A DNA stretch of 64,000 nt from Tubiluchus corallicola. Taxonomy: Eukaryota; Animalia; Priapulida. The translations under genes and the position numbers were made by a program. Below the pieces are notes generated by a model that searched no databases, was not told where the DNA came from, and was given only the letters and a program-made list of their open reading frames with translations. Position 1 is the stretch's first letter. Each line of letters opens with the position of its first letter. Location: assembly GCA_030141605.1 (NCBI GenBank), contig JAQGDQ010000446.1, positions 124,001 through 188,000 on the forward strand, written 5' to 3'. This document shows, in pieces, positions 38,142-46,575 of this stretch.

Positions 38142-41100
38142 TGTGTGTGTAGCCATTAGTACTATTCATTATAATGTAATTTTACAGCAGATAGAGGCCA
38201 CATGACTATCTAGATGTCTTATTGGAAACGTGCCATTTTCAGTACTAACATGTAAATGAAAGTTAAGAGGTAAAGCAATTCTGTCTGCGTAAATCCACAC
38301 ATTGCTTAGAATATCAACATTATATGTATTTATTATGCCTTTGTGTCCGTGATATTTATGTTCAAATTTAAACTTAATCTCAATAGTTTTACACACCTTA
38401 TTCTGAAATCTTCGTCAAGATAATTGCGCATATCACTAATAGCAACATTACTTACAGGTTGGTTGACTTTGGTAACTTTCAGTTTTTCGCCGCCCTTTCA
38501 CCAATCACTTGAACATCATTAACTCAGATAATTTACTCATTGAATTATATTGTCACTTTTATCATATTATCACTTCATGCTCCGTGGTTTTCTTGTAAAA
38601 AAGATGAAAAATAAAGATACTTACTTACTTACATACTTACTTACTGACTGACTGACTGACTGACTTACTTACTTACTTATCAATTTATAAAATCTTAGTG
38701 AGTGTGATAAGATATATGAGAAACTGATAATGGATCCCTTTTCTACTTGAGCATGATATAATTACATTACCGTCACAGAAATATTATCCTTGATGCTCAC
38801 GGGCACTCCAAACAGAATCTCATCTTTACGTGGGCCTCTTGCATCCAGTTCTTTAGCCCAGTCCTAAACGTGCATACATGACTAAATCAACAACGTAAAC
38901 AAAGTCAAAGCCATTTACAAACAAAGTGGACAAGAGAGGATAACAATAAAATTAGTTTCCCAATTAAAGCAAAACCAGACGTAGTCTTAAACTGTAGGTC
39001 AAAAAAATATACTCTTTAAAATATTGAAAGAAAACATCCTATTTTTTCAAAAATGACTTACTTGAAAGAATTATAACCACACAAACACAATTTCACGTTT
39101 GCGTCGCTAGTTCTTCGCTGTTACATGCATTTTGCCATTCTCTAGTAAGACGGGCACTAGCACCTGCATTTTTAAAATGCATTGCACAAAAACAGGTGCT
39201 GTACCTCCCAGTTCAGATGTGGTCATTTCTGGAACTTTTATCAGAAACTACACATGTTCTACAGCTTATGCGTGAGCACAACGGTAAATTTCAAATTTGG
39301 ATTTTTATCTAAAAACCTGCCTAGTTATAGTACAACACACTGAATATTTTCCAGTAGCACTGTACTTCAATTTTCGCTTTCGCAAACACGTGCAACACGC
39401 TCGTGGAATATTTTTGCTGTTGAAAATTATGTTAGTTTGTGATGTCAATAGTTGGCACACCCGTCAGTGATTAAATTCTTAATCTATTATTTAATTATCA
39501 GAAATGCTTTTGCAGTATTAACCATGTTAAAATTTATACTTTTTATTGGACTTGAAAATAGGATAGTATGTGAAAAATCATCATGTTTTCCTATAAGTTT
39601 TAACTGATTCTTAAATTACTAAACAAAAGGGACAGATAAGCTGAATGGAACTATTCACTCTTACACACACTTGTTACATCTGGACTTGGACTTATATAGA
39701 AAAACGCATATCATTTTTGTTAACCAGGTAAGCACACTCTAGATCAAGCAATTTTATTCTAGCCTTGATAAACAATTACGCTAGCAAATCATGATGCAAA
39801 CATGAAATTTGGATTCATCTCACATTAAGATACAAGGCCAGCAACTTCGCAAGAACGAAACCACAGGTTTAATGGTAAGGTGATTAAAAAATTGTAAATA
39901 TCATCTGAAATGCCACGAAGTGTTAAAAATATTTAATAAAGTAGAAAAATTCAATTTACATCATCAAACTTTCAAAAACATAAAACTACATGAAATTACA
40001 CAGTTCTCACAGTAAGTTTTTCTTCTAAAAATCAATCCACATTTCGAAGGTATTTGTAAAACTGTCGTTCACATACACACATACCTCAGCCTCTAGAATA
40101 AAATCTGTGATACAGTTTGTATCTTCGTGTACCTCTAGAGCCTGCAAAACAAATGTTTGAAATTGGTACCAATAAAATGAAAGTAATTTAAAAGAAGAAA
40201 CATATTAATACATTCCATAGTTTGCTAAATTAAACAAAACAAAGCATAACTTTTTGCTAACGGGGTGCAGAAACAAAGAATGGGAGCCTGCACACACCCC
40301 CCCCCCCGCCCCCCACCCAATCTACCAACCTGTGTACAGTTGACCCTCGTTAAACCGGACCCCGTTAGCCCGGATATCGGATAAGACGGACGTCGTCCAT
40401 GGTAAAGGAAACTGACCGATTTCCGTCCGAGCCGGAGCGCTAAACACAACACGGCCTACCAACTGTACAATAATTTCTTTATCCTCACAGGTTAACTATT
40501 TTAAAGTAATATACAGTATAGTATATAGTGCACAGTATATAGGCCTTATTAAGGTGATTATTCCTGTATAATATAGACCATATATAGGCATATCGGATAA
40601 ATCGGACAATCGGCTAAACCGGACCACCACCACCCCCCAATTAGTCCGATTTAACAAGGGTCGACTGTATATTTAATTATATTCAAAATTATTAATTGCA
40701 TTTTCTCTATCAATCCAGATAAACATTTTTTTGAGAGTCCGAACAATCCTCAGAATTCGCAAAGCTGAAAGCAAAATATCAGTTGAGAGAAGCATGTCAC
40801 TCATGACCTTCTCCTGTGATTGTTGTTGTTGGCATCCTTCTGTCTCGGAAGACAATGGAGTGTGCGCCAAGAGAGTCAGTTATTGATCACATTGATAGAG
40901 CTGCAGCATCGATTGTGGCTGAGCAGTGCGATCCTTGAACGTCTCCAGGGCGCACGCCTGGGCAAGGTGTATGGAGATCCTGAGTTGCCCAGACAACAGG
41001 AACCACCTCTCTTCTTCCCTGGTGTAGTCCAAAGGAAAGCGGAGCGATACGTTTTCGCGTTCAGGGCTCCACTCCTGATTTGGAAGGTTTACTCCTCTAC

Positions 41101-44100
41101 ACATGGCCGTTGGTTCACTTGACCTCCTCCGCCCTCTAGTCGTTGGCTGCTTGTGCAGCTCCTCCGCCTAGTGTCGAGATACAGTGTGGGCATCCGGCAA
41201 GCCTACATTGCCTGGTATTCCTAGGTGGTCACCCATCCAAGTACTAACCAAGTACTCTCCTGTGATACCCTGTGATAAAGCCTCTAGTTCTACACGTCTG
41301 CACAAATGCTGCCTTCATAACGTACCTTAGTCCAATAGGCATACAAGACTTCCAGGGCGGTGTATTTGCCACTTCTAATCGCTTCTGCTAACGAGCAAGC
41401 GGACAGTTCAACAATTGCTCTGCGTTGTTCCGTCATTCCCTAGAATTTAAAGGAAAAGGCTAAAAGCAAAAGTAACGTGTTAGTTAGCAGATGAAAAAAC
41501 AATAAACAAAAGTAATGCATTAGCTAACAGAAGAAACAAAACAAAAGTAATGCAAAACAAAAGGTATAAACAGCAGTAAGCGACTCATTCTCAAAGTTTT
41601 GTTCGATACGCAGGCTAGCAATATCTCTCTGTGCATGTGTGACATTTAAATGTGCAGCGATTTGACATGCAAAGAATAAGACATCAAAATTGCCAGCAAT
41701 AGCTACTGGCAGTCACACCTGGAATAAGACAGAAACTTTGAATGAGATCCAGACCACAACTTTGAATGTCCACTGACCACTAGATGGCTGTGTAGGACTG
41801 AAACCTATCTCGTCGTCAAAGATAGTCTATGAAAAGTGACACTGTACCACAGAGAGGTATCAAATGCCTCGACGAGGTAAATATCCATAAAACACAATCT
41901 AAAATGACTGCTGAACCAAACCATCACCCACCCATTAACTGACCAGACTAAATATTGCTTAATCTCAGATGCTCAGCAATCAGCAAATGGCCATATGTCT
42001 TAATCACCTAAAAACTCATCTTGCCCATTTTTCAAAACCGGCTATTACTTCAAAGTTGCCACAAACTCTCGCTTTTATTCTGACGCTTTTACTGTTTGTC
42101 CCACAATGGAATATTCGTTTCCTGTTTAGTTAACCCTTTCAGTCCCAAATTATTTTTTTATAAGAAAAACTTTTTTGGCTTGATAATTTTGTTCAGTATG
42201 TCCATCTTGTTTACACATAATAATTATTTTTTTCTACCTGTGCCCGCGTGCTAAATATAGCCTGTATCTCACGGGATACATTGGGATTCAATGGAAGCAT
42301 AAAATGTGCTTCATTTTGCAACTGCTGATAATTTTTTAAAGTATTTAAGACATTTAGTACGCACGCTATACTGATCTGTACAAAGTCGTCTCTAAAGTAC
42401 TGAACCTTGCACAGATTTTTATGCTATGTAGATTTTCTAGTTTGCCATTTTATCACCATTCTTATTCTATTGTTATTTGCTTAAGTCAAAATAACTATTA
42501 ACAGATCAAATAACTGTCAGTTTTAAACTTTTATTAATTTTAAAAGCAGAAAATATTCTCGTATCCCACGGGATACAACGGGTATGAAAGGGTTAAAATT
42601 AGATATTACTTAACAGAAGCCACGAACTTCGTGTTTTTCTTCGCATTTTCTTCTTATTCTTTTACCGCTTGACGGTGAATGACACGTTTCTTTTCTGTCA
42701 TAATTTCTGCAAAATGTTTTTACAAATCCATGAAATACTATGACTGAGAAACAAAAAACTAACTTAAGCACACACCTCGGGAAGTTTCTCTCTTAGTACT
42801 TGAATGCTTCTCTCACGCTTCGCTCGGAGTTCTGCTGCAGCTTCCCGATGTTGCGCTCTGATCTCCTTATTACGCCTCCACTAAAATAAACCACAATTAA
42901 TATAATCTTAGTATAAAAAAATTAATACAAACACTAATAGTAAATGCATTGTGTGCAGATTTTATTAGAATACTGTTGAAGTTGGAATTGTACATTTTTA
43001 ATTTGGTGCTGCCATCTATGAACTAATCCTGTAACATTTTACCAGCTAAACTTACCCCCAGTATAATTGTACGGTCCAGTGAATGCATATTCACTGGTTC
43101 TCTCCTTATTTTAAAGTAATGGTTTTTGTGAAGCCTGTGCAAGTCTGCATAGGTCACCTATACCTATATATACTGACTGGTTTTACTTTCTAGTCACTCT
43201 AACTCTCAGTGTTCAGTGCAGGACTCTCTCTCTCACTCACAGTGTTCAGTGCAGCAGTCATGCTAGTCATGTGTCTTTAGTTTAATAAACACTTTTCTGT
43301 TTTGTTCAGGGGAAATATGTATTACAGATTTTTTATTCTTGTGCTACAAGTGAGTGATCTACAACTTCAAATATGACTTTCACAAATACGGTTTATTTTC
43401 AAACACATCAAGGTTTTAAACAAAAAAATTACAATTTGCCGAAAAGTTCTATTTTGCTGTGAAGCAAATTAAATTGCACAAATTACCAAGTAGAAGAGAC
43501 CCGGGTAAAGTGGATCACTTAAGGGTTTTCGCTCATAGAGTTCAAGACGTTTGATCTGTAACAATCAATTACATGCCCTATTCTTCCGTAGGAAACTCTG
43601 CTATATTCTTGTGGTAAAAACTTATAATTACTATTACTCGTTTAACAGATAATTCCAAAATACGAAACCAAAATTTCTAGGGCAAAGTGGATCTTTTACG
43701 GGCATAGTGGATCATACCGGAGCGGTTGAGCTCAACATAACTAACAATATCTTTTAAATGGATTTTGTCTATTTTGCAAAAGTAAATTGATATGAAGCAG
43801 CAATGAACCATCCATCATATGTAAAAACAGTAGCGAATAAATCTGCACTAAGTGGAATTTATCATTATGATCTATAAAAATGAAAAATCGAAAGAAAGTG
43901 GGTGAAAAACTTATTTTTTTGTGTACCGCACTTAGACAAACTTTGCAAAGGTCGAGGTCGTTCATGCAGAGTACACAGTAGATGATGACGTAACATCACA
44001 CAGTGCGTAGGCTGCGACGCCTTACGGAAAAAAGAGCAAACACATTTGATCCGCTTTGCCCAGTGATCCACTTTACCCGGGGTCTCCCCTAAGTCTTTAT

Positions 44101-46575
44101 CCTGAATGTGATTTCTCATGCAAATTCAGATTCATTTTCAAAAATAAAATGCCTTTGCTAGTTCATAATGTTGGGGTGCCTACGTATGATGTAATGTTGA
44201 ATTCCCAGTGCACTCATAGTATGCTGGGCAAAAACTTTAAGTAATTACCACAGAAGTTAATTACTTTATTGCAGTTATAAAGTTTTTTGTTTATTTTGAT
44301 GGCACACTAACACACAGGACATATAGTATTCAATTGTTGCTTGTTAGCTCTTGATGTGTACAATATTGTTTAATTTCAGTTCATTGCTAGACATTTGTGT
44401 ACACTGTATGTTGTCATTAAATAGCGCGTTCAGACGTAGAGTTTTCTCGTAACTACTCTCTGAGAGCAAACTCGCAGGTGTGAACGGCTTGGCAACTTCT
44501 CTTGCAACAAGTTGCGAGAGAACTCTCTATGTCTGAATGCGCCATTTAATGACAACATACAGTGTACACAAGGGGTGTGCAAATTGCAGCCCGCAGACCA
44601 CTTGCGGCCCGCCGAGAGAATTTGTCAGCCTAATGAAAGTGCGGCCCGGGCGATTAATTGAGTGTATCCAGTTGAAGTCCGTGCCACGATCCCAAAGATA
44701 GTGTGGGTAGTTTTTTCTACTAGATCGGATGGCATTAACCCTTACAAGACGGTTGTAGCTTAATGTCACTGTACTACACAGACTGTGTGATACACATTAC
44801 TAATATGCATTATAATGAAATTACCACTATCTGTCCTGAAAGTAGAATTATATGGTTTGTAATATAAATTCTAATAACTTCTAAAATAGTTTCTTGAGTG
44901 TAGTAGTAATGATGTACGCAGGTCGGATGCAAAAAAAATCATTATTAGGCCTTTCTGTACTTGGCTTCTTGATCAAACTGCCTGTGGCCCGCAGGAATTG
45001 CGGGAAAGTTTAATGTGGCCTGCCTAGTCAGATAATTTGCACACCCCTGGTGTACACAGATGTCTAACAATAAACTGAAATTTAACATTAAAAGCTAACA
45101 AGCAACTATATGTTTGTGGGAATTACTACAGTGCCTACATATCTTAAGCAAGCATAAGAACAGCCAGAAGAATGTCAGCTTGGAATAAATAAAAATGTAA
45201 AAAATAGTAATAATATTAAATTTAGATAAGTGATTTGTAAACAAACAATTTAATGAAATCGTACAAACTATAATTTTACTAAATAACCTTACATTTCTCA
45301 TACTGCACAGCTAAAGAAGAATTAGATCAAGTCAAATAACCCTTAATTTTAGTAGAAATATTAGCTGAATAAATGCCAAATTTTATAAACTCAAAATAAG
45401 GTTTAAGTTAAACTGTGATAATCACACTAATTACAATGATAACTATATAGTAACCGATTATGCCTATTAAAAAACAGGAGGCAACGAATATTACGAATTT
45501 TGATTATTGCAGCGATATAGAAGATGCCAAAATTGCAACACTTAATGTACCAGGACTTAAACAAGTACTATGTGAAATCATTTTGAAATACTTTATTTTC
45601 AATTCAATTTAATTCATTTTTTTTCAATTTTTCAATTTATTTATCTCTTTATAGTATTACAATAAAACATGATTTTTAAAAGAATCTTTAATAAGTTTTG
45701 AAAAATGGTTAAAATGTATAGATAGATCTAGAACTAGAGAAAGGATAGCGAAAAGACTATAAAGTCACCTAGTCTGCTATCCTTTACCGAATATAGATAA
45801 AAAGATTTTTTAGACACTGGTGGGCATTGATGTTATCAGTTTAATTTAGGAAACATTAGTAATTTTTAAAAGTATGACATTTTCTATGTAATCCAGAGAA
45901 AAGAATATACATCTAGTTTAATTAGCGGGCAACAAAATAAGGTCAACCTTGATTAAACTAAAAATTGCATTTAGATTTTATGTGAAATACAGGTCAAAAT
46001 TGTTATGAAATGATAAAAACACTTTGGGTTAATAATGCAATTAATTAACAACAGGAGTTAAATACATTTTGATTTGAGTTCAACTTCATTATTTCTAGGC
46101 TTATTGATTAAGAACAAATCTACTGACTTGGACAATAATACTAAATAATATAATTCTCAATATACTGATAAGACAAACATTTAGCTATACTGGTTTTTTA
46201 GTAATTTTATAAAGGAGAAGTAAAACTTGTGCAATCTGTGAACAACACCTAAATCATTACTCATAAAATAGTACTGCAGTATGACTTTAATAATTACTCT
46301 ACTGTAAAGAAGAGATGAAAGACAGAGTATTTCCTGATATTTAGGATAATATCTGTAATGGATTAATTAATTTGTAGAGTTATAAGTATAAAAATATGTA
46401 TCATTTTTGAGAGCTATAGAAAGTATTTTCAGCTATTTCTAAAAACCAAACTGGCAATACTTTTCATGTGATGTTAAAGAAAACCTACCTTTATAAGGAA
46501 AACAGTAAAAAGAATAATCATTCCACTCCCAGCTGCAGACTGCAGAAAGAACCAAGACGGAAGCTGATTCAACAT
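13445..46575 (-). CDS. FAAH: Fatty acid amide hydrolase (amidase signature family), 16 coding exons, 576 aa
   Basis: Exons (5'->3'): 46489-46575, 42776-42880, 41326-41439, 40085-40141, 38771-38863, 36850-36980, 36053-36259, 35405-35445, 29614-29738, 26750-26875, 25242-25336, 23648-23747, 20978-21061, 18747-18858, 16677-16816, 13445-13558; all GT-AG, phases compatible, total 1731 nt open. N-terminal TM helix, GVPVSIKDN (catalytic Lys), KTNVPQ, PGGSSGGE, GGDIAGSIRLP, YNLLDFPAGVVPV, GLPIGVQCVTLPWREELCLRVMKEVE. Confidence 0.95.
13659..14535. mobile_element. Foldback-like TIR element with internal 42-bp tandem array
   Basis: TIR aggttttacacatcaaatgtaga / tctacatttgacgtgtaaaacct; 13919-14524 is ~14 copies of cctatgtctacatttgacttacctaagtcacatttgaacttt; left arm has degenerate inverted units. 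Confidence 0.7.
14732..15247. mobile_element. Probable hAT-type MITE
   Basis: TIR cagaggcgtagcaa / ttgctacgccactg; TSD poorly conserved. Confidence 0.5.
16050..16394 (-). mobile_element. Tc1/mariner-pogo (Tigger-like) MITE, copy 1 of 4
   Basis: TA flanks, TIR cagtc(g/a)accctcgttaaaccggac; other copies at 19126, 40337, 63675. Confidence 0.85.
16486..16636. repeat. 15-bp minisatellite (aacatcacagtcact)
   Basis: ~10 tandem copies. Confidence 0.9.
16677..16816 (-). CDS. FAAH: FAAH exon 15 (SAAAYTILYNLLDFPAGVVPVTVETAKDQENLKSYPQKDPIDWKIKM)
   Basis: Acceptor cactcag, donor gtaagc. Confidence 0.93.
16895..17166. repeat. (GAT)n-rich microsatellite
   Basis: Direct inspection; similar tract at 15343-15470. 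Confidence 0.9.
17348..17858 (+). mobile_element. Kolobok-like non-autonomous element
   Basis: ttaa|agg...cct|ttaa termini; related copies at 38968-39592 and partially 47930-48270. Confidence 0.55.
18747..18858 (-). CDS. FAAH: FAAH exon 14 (SYKSEFIKAWKAANLDALICPPCVFPAPPPEYPQHLS)
   Basis: Acceptor ttgttag, donor gtgagt. Confidence 0.92.
19126..19449 (+). mobile_element. Tc1/pogo MITE, copy 2
   Basis: TA flanks and TIR as copy 1. Confidence 0.85.
19715..20008. repeat. (ACTC)n/(ACTT)n microsatellite
   Basis: Direct inspection. Confidence 0.9.
20470..20890. repeat. ~44-bp actcactt-rich minisatellite; same family at 25718-26123
   Basis: Unit approx. cttatactcacttgtactcacactcacctatactcacttatgctta. 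Confidence 0.8.
20978..21061 (-). CDS. FAAH: FAAH exon 13 (WPRVGELLACFRGPNDNCHLRLIYSECE)
   Basis: Acceptor ttcttccag, donor gttagt, phase 0-0. Confidence 0.88.
21192..22044. repeat. 29-bp minisatellite (cacacttgacagtaacccacaaagtagtt), ~29 copies
   Basis: Direct inspection. Confidence 0.95.
22254..22720 (+). mobile_element. hAT MITE, copy 2
   Basis: TIR caggggtgtgcaaat; perfect 8-bp TSD tgttagct. Confidence 0.88.
23184..23553 (-). mobile_element. 5'-truncated RTE-clade LINE 3' end
   Basis: Translation RRDKIRN...KIQEARLRWYGHLKRR...RRRGRPKLRW is the typical RTE ORF C-terminus; (GAA)n tail; 19-bp TSD aaaaaataaag(t/c)atagtct at 23165-23183 and 23554-23572. Confidence 0.88.
23648..23747 (-). CDS. 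FAAH: FAAH exon 12 (LNEEVDPTLKVFHKLVSLPFPVKKAMSRLIGLV)
   Basis: Acceptor ttcttgcag, donor gtaagt. Confidence 0.9.
24414..24974 (+). mobile_element. 5S rRNA-derived SINE (SINE3-type), apparently full length
   Basis: 24416-24533 is a diverged 5S rRNA (gccatatcacgttgaa...gaagttaagc...ctggttagtactt...tgggtgaccgcc...ggaataccaggtgctgtaggctt), then ~430-bp body and (CAA)n tail; 14-bp TSD atag(t/c)gattctctt at 24400-24413 and 24975-24988. Confidence 0.88.
25242..25336 (-). CDS. FAAH: FAAH exon 11 (LVPFTVPQGCRAFSLAASCIALDGGRALSDGW)
   Basis: Acceptor tgtttcag, donor gtcggt; LVPF and DGG motifs. Confidence 0.88.
25453..25582. repeat. 19-bp minisatellite (tttcggtacagtcgctacg)
   Basis: ~7 tandem copies. 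Confidence 0.85.
26199..26698 (+). mobile_element. hAT MITE, copy 3
   Basis: TIR; 8-bp TSD acttaaaa. Confidence 0.88.
26750..26875 (-). CDS. FAAH: FAAH exon 10 (VYNSKEKLTIGYYDYNDYITVTPGLKRAVRLTKEALESQGHQ)
   Basis: Acceptor tttttcag, donor gttagt. Confidence 0.93.
26968..27716 (+). repeat. 38-bp minisatellite (gcacagaaatgatgcggtatccaaggaagccgttgcta), left arm of inverted pair
   Basis: ~20 tandem copies. Confidence 0.95.
28202..29260 (-). repeat. Same 38-bp minisatellite in reverse orientation, right arm of inverted pair
   Basis: ~28 copies of tagcaacggcttccttggataccgcatcatttctgtgc. Confidence 0.95.
29614..29738 (-). CDS. FAAH: FAAH exon 9 (VKVAYGYMATNVEDIALGMRACCSDETFERDAKVAPIEFKSD)
   Basis: Acceptor atttcag, donor gtgagt. 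Confidence 0.92.
30215..30596 (-). mobile_element. piggyBac-type MITE, copy 2
   Basis: TTAA flanks, CCC/GGG termini. Confidence 0.8.
30881..31366 (+). mobile_element. hAT MITE, copy 4
   Basis: TIRs intact; flanks do not form a TSD. Confidence 0.85.
31658..32116 (+). mobile_element. piggyBac-type MITE, copy 3
   Basis: TTAA flanks, CCC/GGG termini. Confidence 0.8.
32345..32735 (+). repeat. Dispersed repeat of unknown class, second copy at ~42975-43385
   Basis: Shared sequence gaagttggaattgtacatt...ggtgctgccatctatg...caacttcaaa...tgactttcacaa. Confidence 0.7.
32889..33845 (-). CDS. Intronless class A (rhodopsin-family) GPCR, 318 aa from first ATG, nested in FAAH intron 8
   Basis: Seven hydrophobic helices; TM1 N, TM2 NLAVAD, TM3 Cys and SIDRY, ICL2 RPLYYEKIMT, TM4 W, ECL2 Cys, TM7 NTLVNVVIY, helix 8 KEFRIAVKELF; N-terminal NSS sequon. 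ATG at 33843-33845 preferred over the TTG start in the ORF track. Confidence 0.9.
   Translation of the reverse strand: MPPLSTAAAPKLNSSQAPRHCEHRDLDMSVTVLYSYVLVVGVLAVVCNMIIITVICKVKILHHTYYYLICNLAVADMLIGWTSVVYCIMVWLEGDCYVSWCIIVKGLSDSMIGASMYTFLAVSIDRYIAVMRPLYYEKIMTLTSTRVILIATWIFSVLPFLIGRSIQAANGGFEGGSFCFDLSGTIDLIMTLLYLILMPSVVFMNTKVILEVIRQQKATKSNTPSVSIHNSVRTRFRIAKIVFYLTGFFYLMTLSHVILLLLYVVSPEHKKFLRKVLPFSWALLVTNTLVNVVIYSVKLKEFRIAVKELFYRKVAPEM
35405..35445 (-). CDS. FAAH: FAAH exon 8 (HEGCMNSVPGVQV)
   Basis: 41 bp; acceptor tttttcag, donor gtaagt. Confidence 0.88.
35486..35822. repeat. (GA)n-rich microsatellite
   Basis: Direct inspection. Confidence 0.9.
36053..36259 (-). CDS. FAAH: FAAH exon 7, amidase signature (YGCSNPIFGATENP...PGGSSGGE...GGDIAGSIRLPSHMSGVCGLK)
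   Basis: Contains both catalytic serines; acceptor ttttag, donor gtaaat. Confidence 0.96.
36850..36980 (-). CDS. FAAH: FAAH exon 6 (GYASTLGQAKYAKPKDEDAIVVKVIKAKGGIPFCKTNVPQTLL)
   Basis: Acceptor gttgcag, donor gtaatg. Confidence 0.95.
37055..37507 (-). CDS. Candidate two-exon coding unit inside FAAH intron 5 (exons 37454-37507 and 37055-37378), unknown product
   Basis: Both exons open in phase 0, joined by a 75-bp gtaagt...ctcgtag intron; 125 codons then TAA. Confidence 0.4.
38771..38863 (-). CDS. FAAH: FAAH exon 5 (DWAKELDARGPRKDEILFGVPVSIKDNISVT), catalytic Lys
   Basis: Acceptor gtttag, donor gtaatg. Confidence 0.95.
38968..39592 (+). mobile_element. Kolobok-like element, copy related to 17348-17858
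   Basis: Shared internal sequence; ttaa at left end. Confidence 0.5.
40085..40141 (-). CDS. FAAH: FAAH exon 4 (ALEVHEDTNCITDFILEAE)
   Basis: TNC motif; acceptor tttgcag, donor gtatgt. Confidence 0.92.
40337..40667 (+). mobile_element. Tc1/pogo MITE, copy 3
   Basis: TA flanks and TIR. Confidence 0.85.
40821..41255 (-). mobile_element. 5S-derived SINE, 5'-truncated second copy
   Basis: Reverse complement of 24480-24974 with internal deletions; perfect 11-bp TSD tctcctgtgat at 40810-40820 and 41256-41266. Confidence 0.88.
41326..41439 (-). CDS. FAAH: FAAH exon 3 (GMTEQRRAIVELSACSLAEAIRSGKYTALEVLYAYWTK)
   Basis: Acceptor ttctag, donor gtacgt. Confidence 0.93.
42134..42592 (-). mobile_element. 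piggyBac-type MITE, copy 4
   Basis: TTAA flanks. Confidence 0.8.
42776..42880 (-). CDS. FAAH: FAAH exon 2 (WRRNKEIRAQHREAAAELRAKRERSIQVLREKLPE)
   Basis: Acceptor tttattttag, donor gtgtgt; basic helix following the TM segment. Confidence 0.85.
43493..44089. mobile_element. Non-autonomous TIR DNA element with TA flanks
   Basis: TIR gagacccgggtaaagtggatcact / agtgatccactttacccggggtctc; subterminal copies of ggcaaagtggatc. Confidence 0.7.
44570..45049 (-). mobile_element. hAT MITE, copy 5
   Basis: TIR; 8-bp TSD gtgtacac. Confidence 0.88.
46489..46575 (-). CDS. FAAH: FAAH first coding exon (MLNQLPSWFFLQSAAGSGMIILFTVFLIK), N-terminal membrane anchor
   Basis: ATG 46573-46575, donor gtaggt, phase 0 joins exon 2; upstream acceptor at 46620 suggests a 5' UTR intron. 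Confidence 0.8.
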
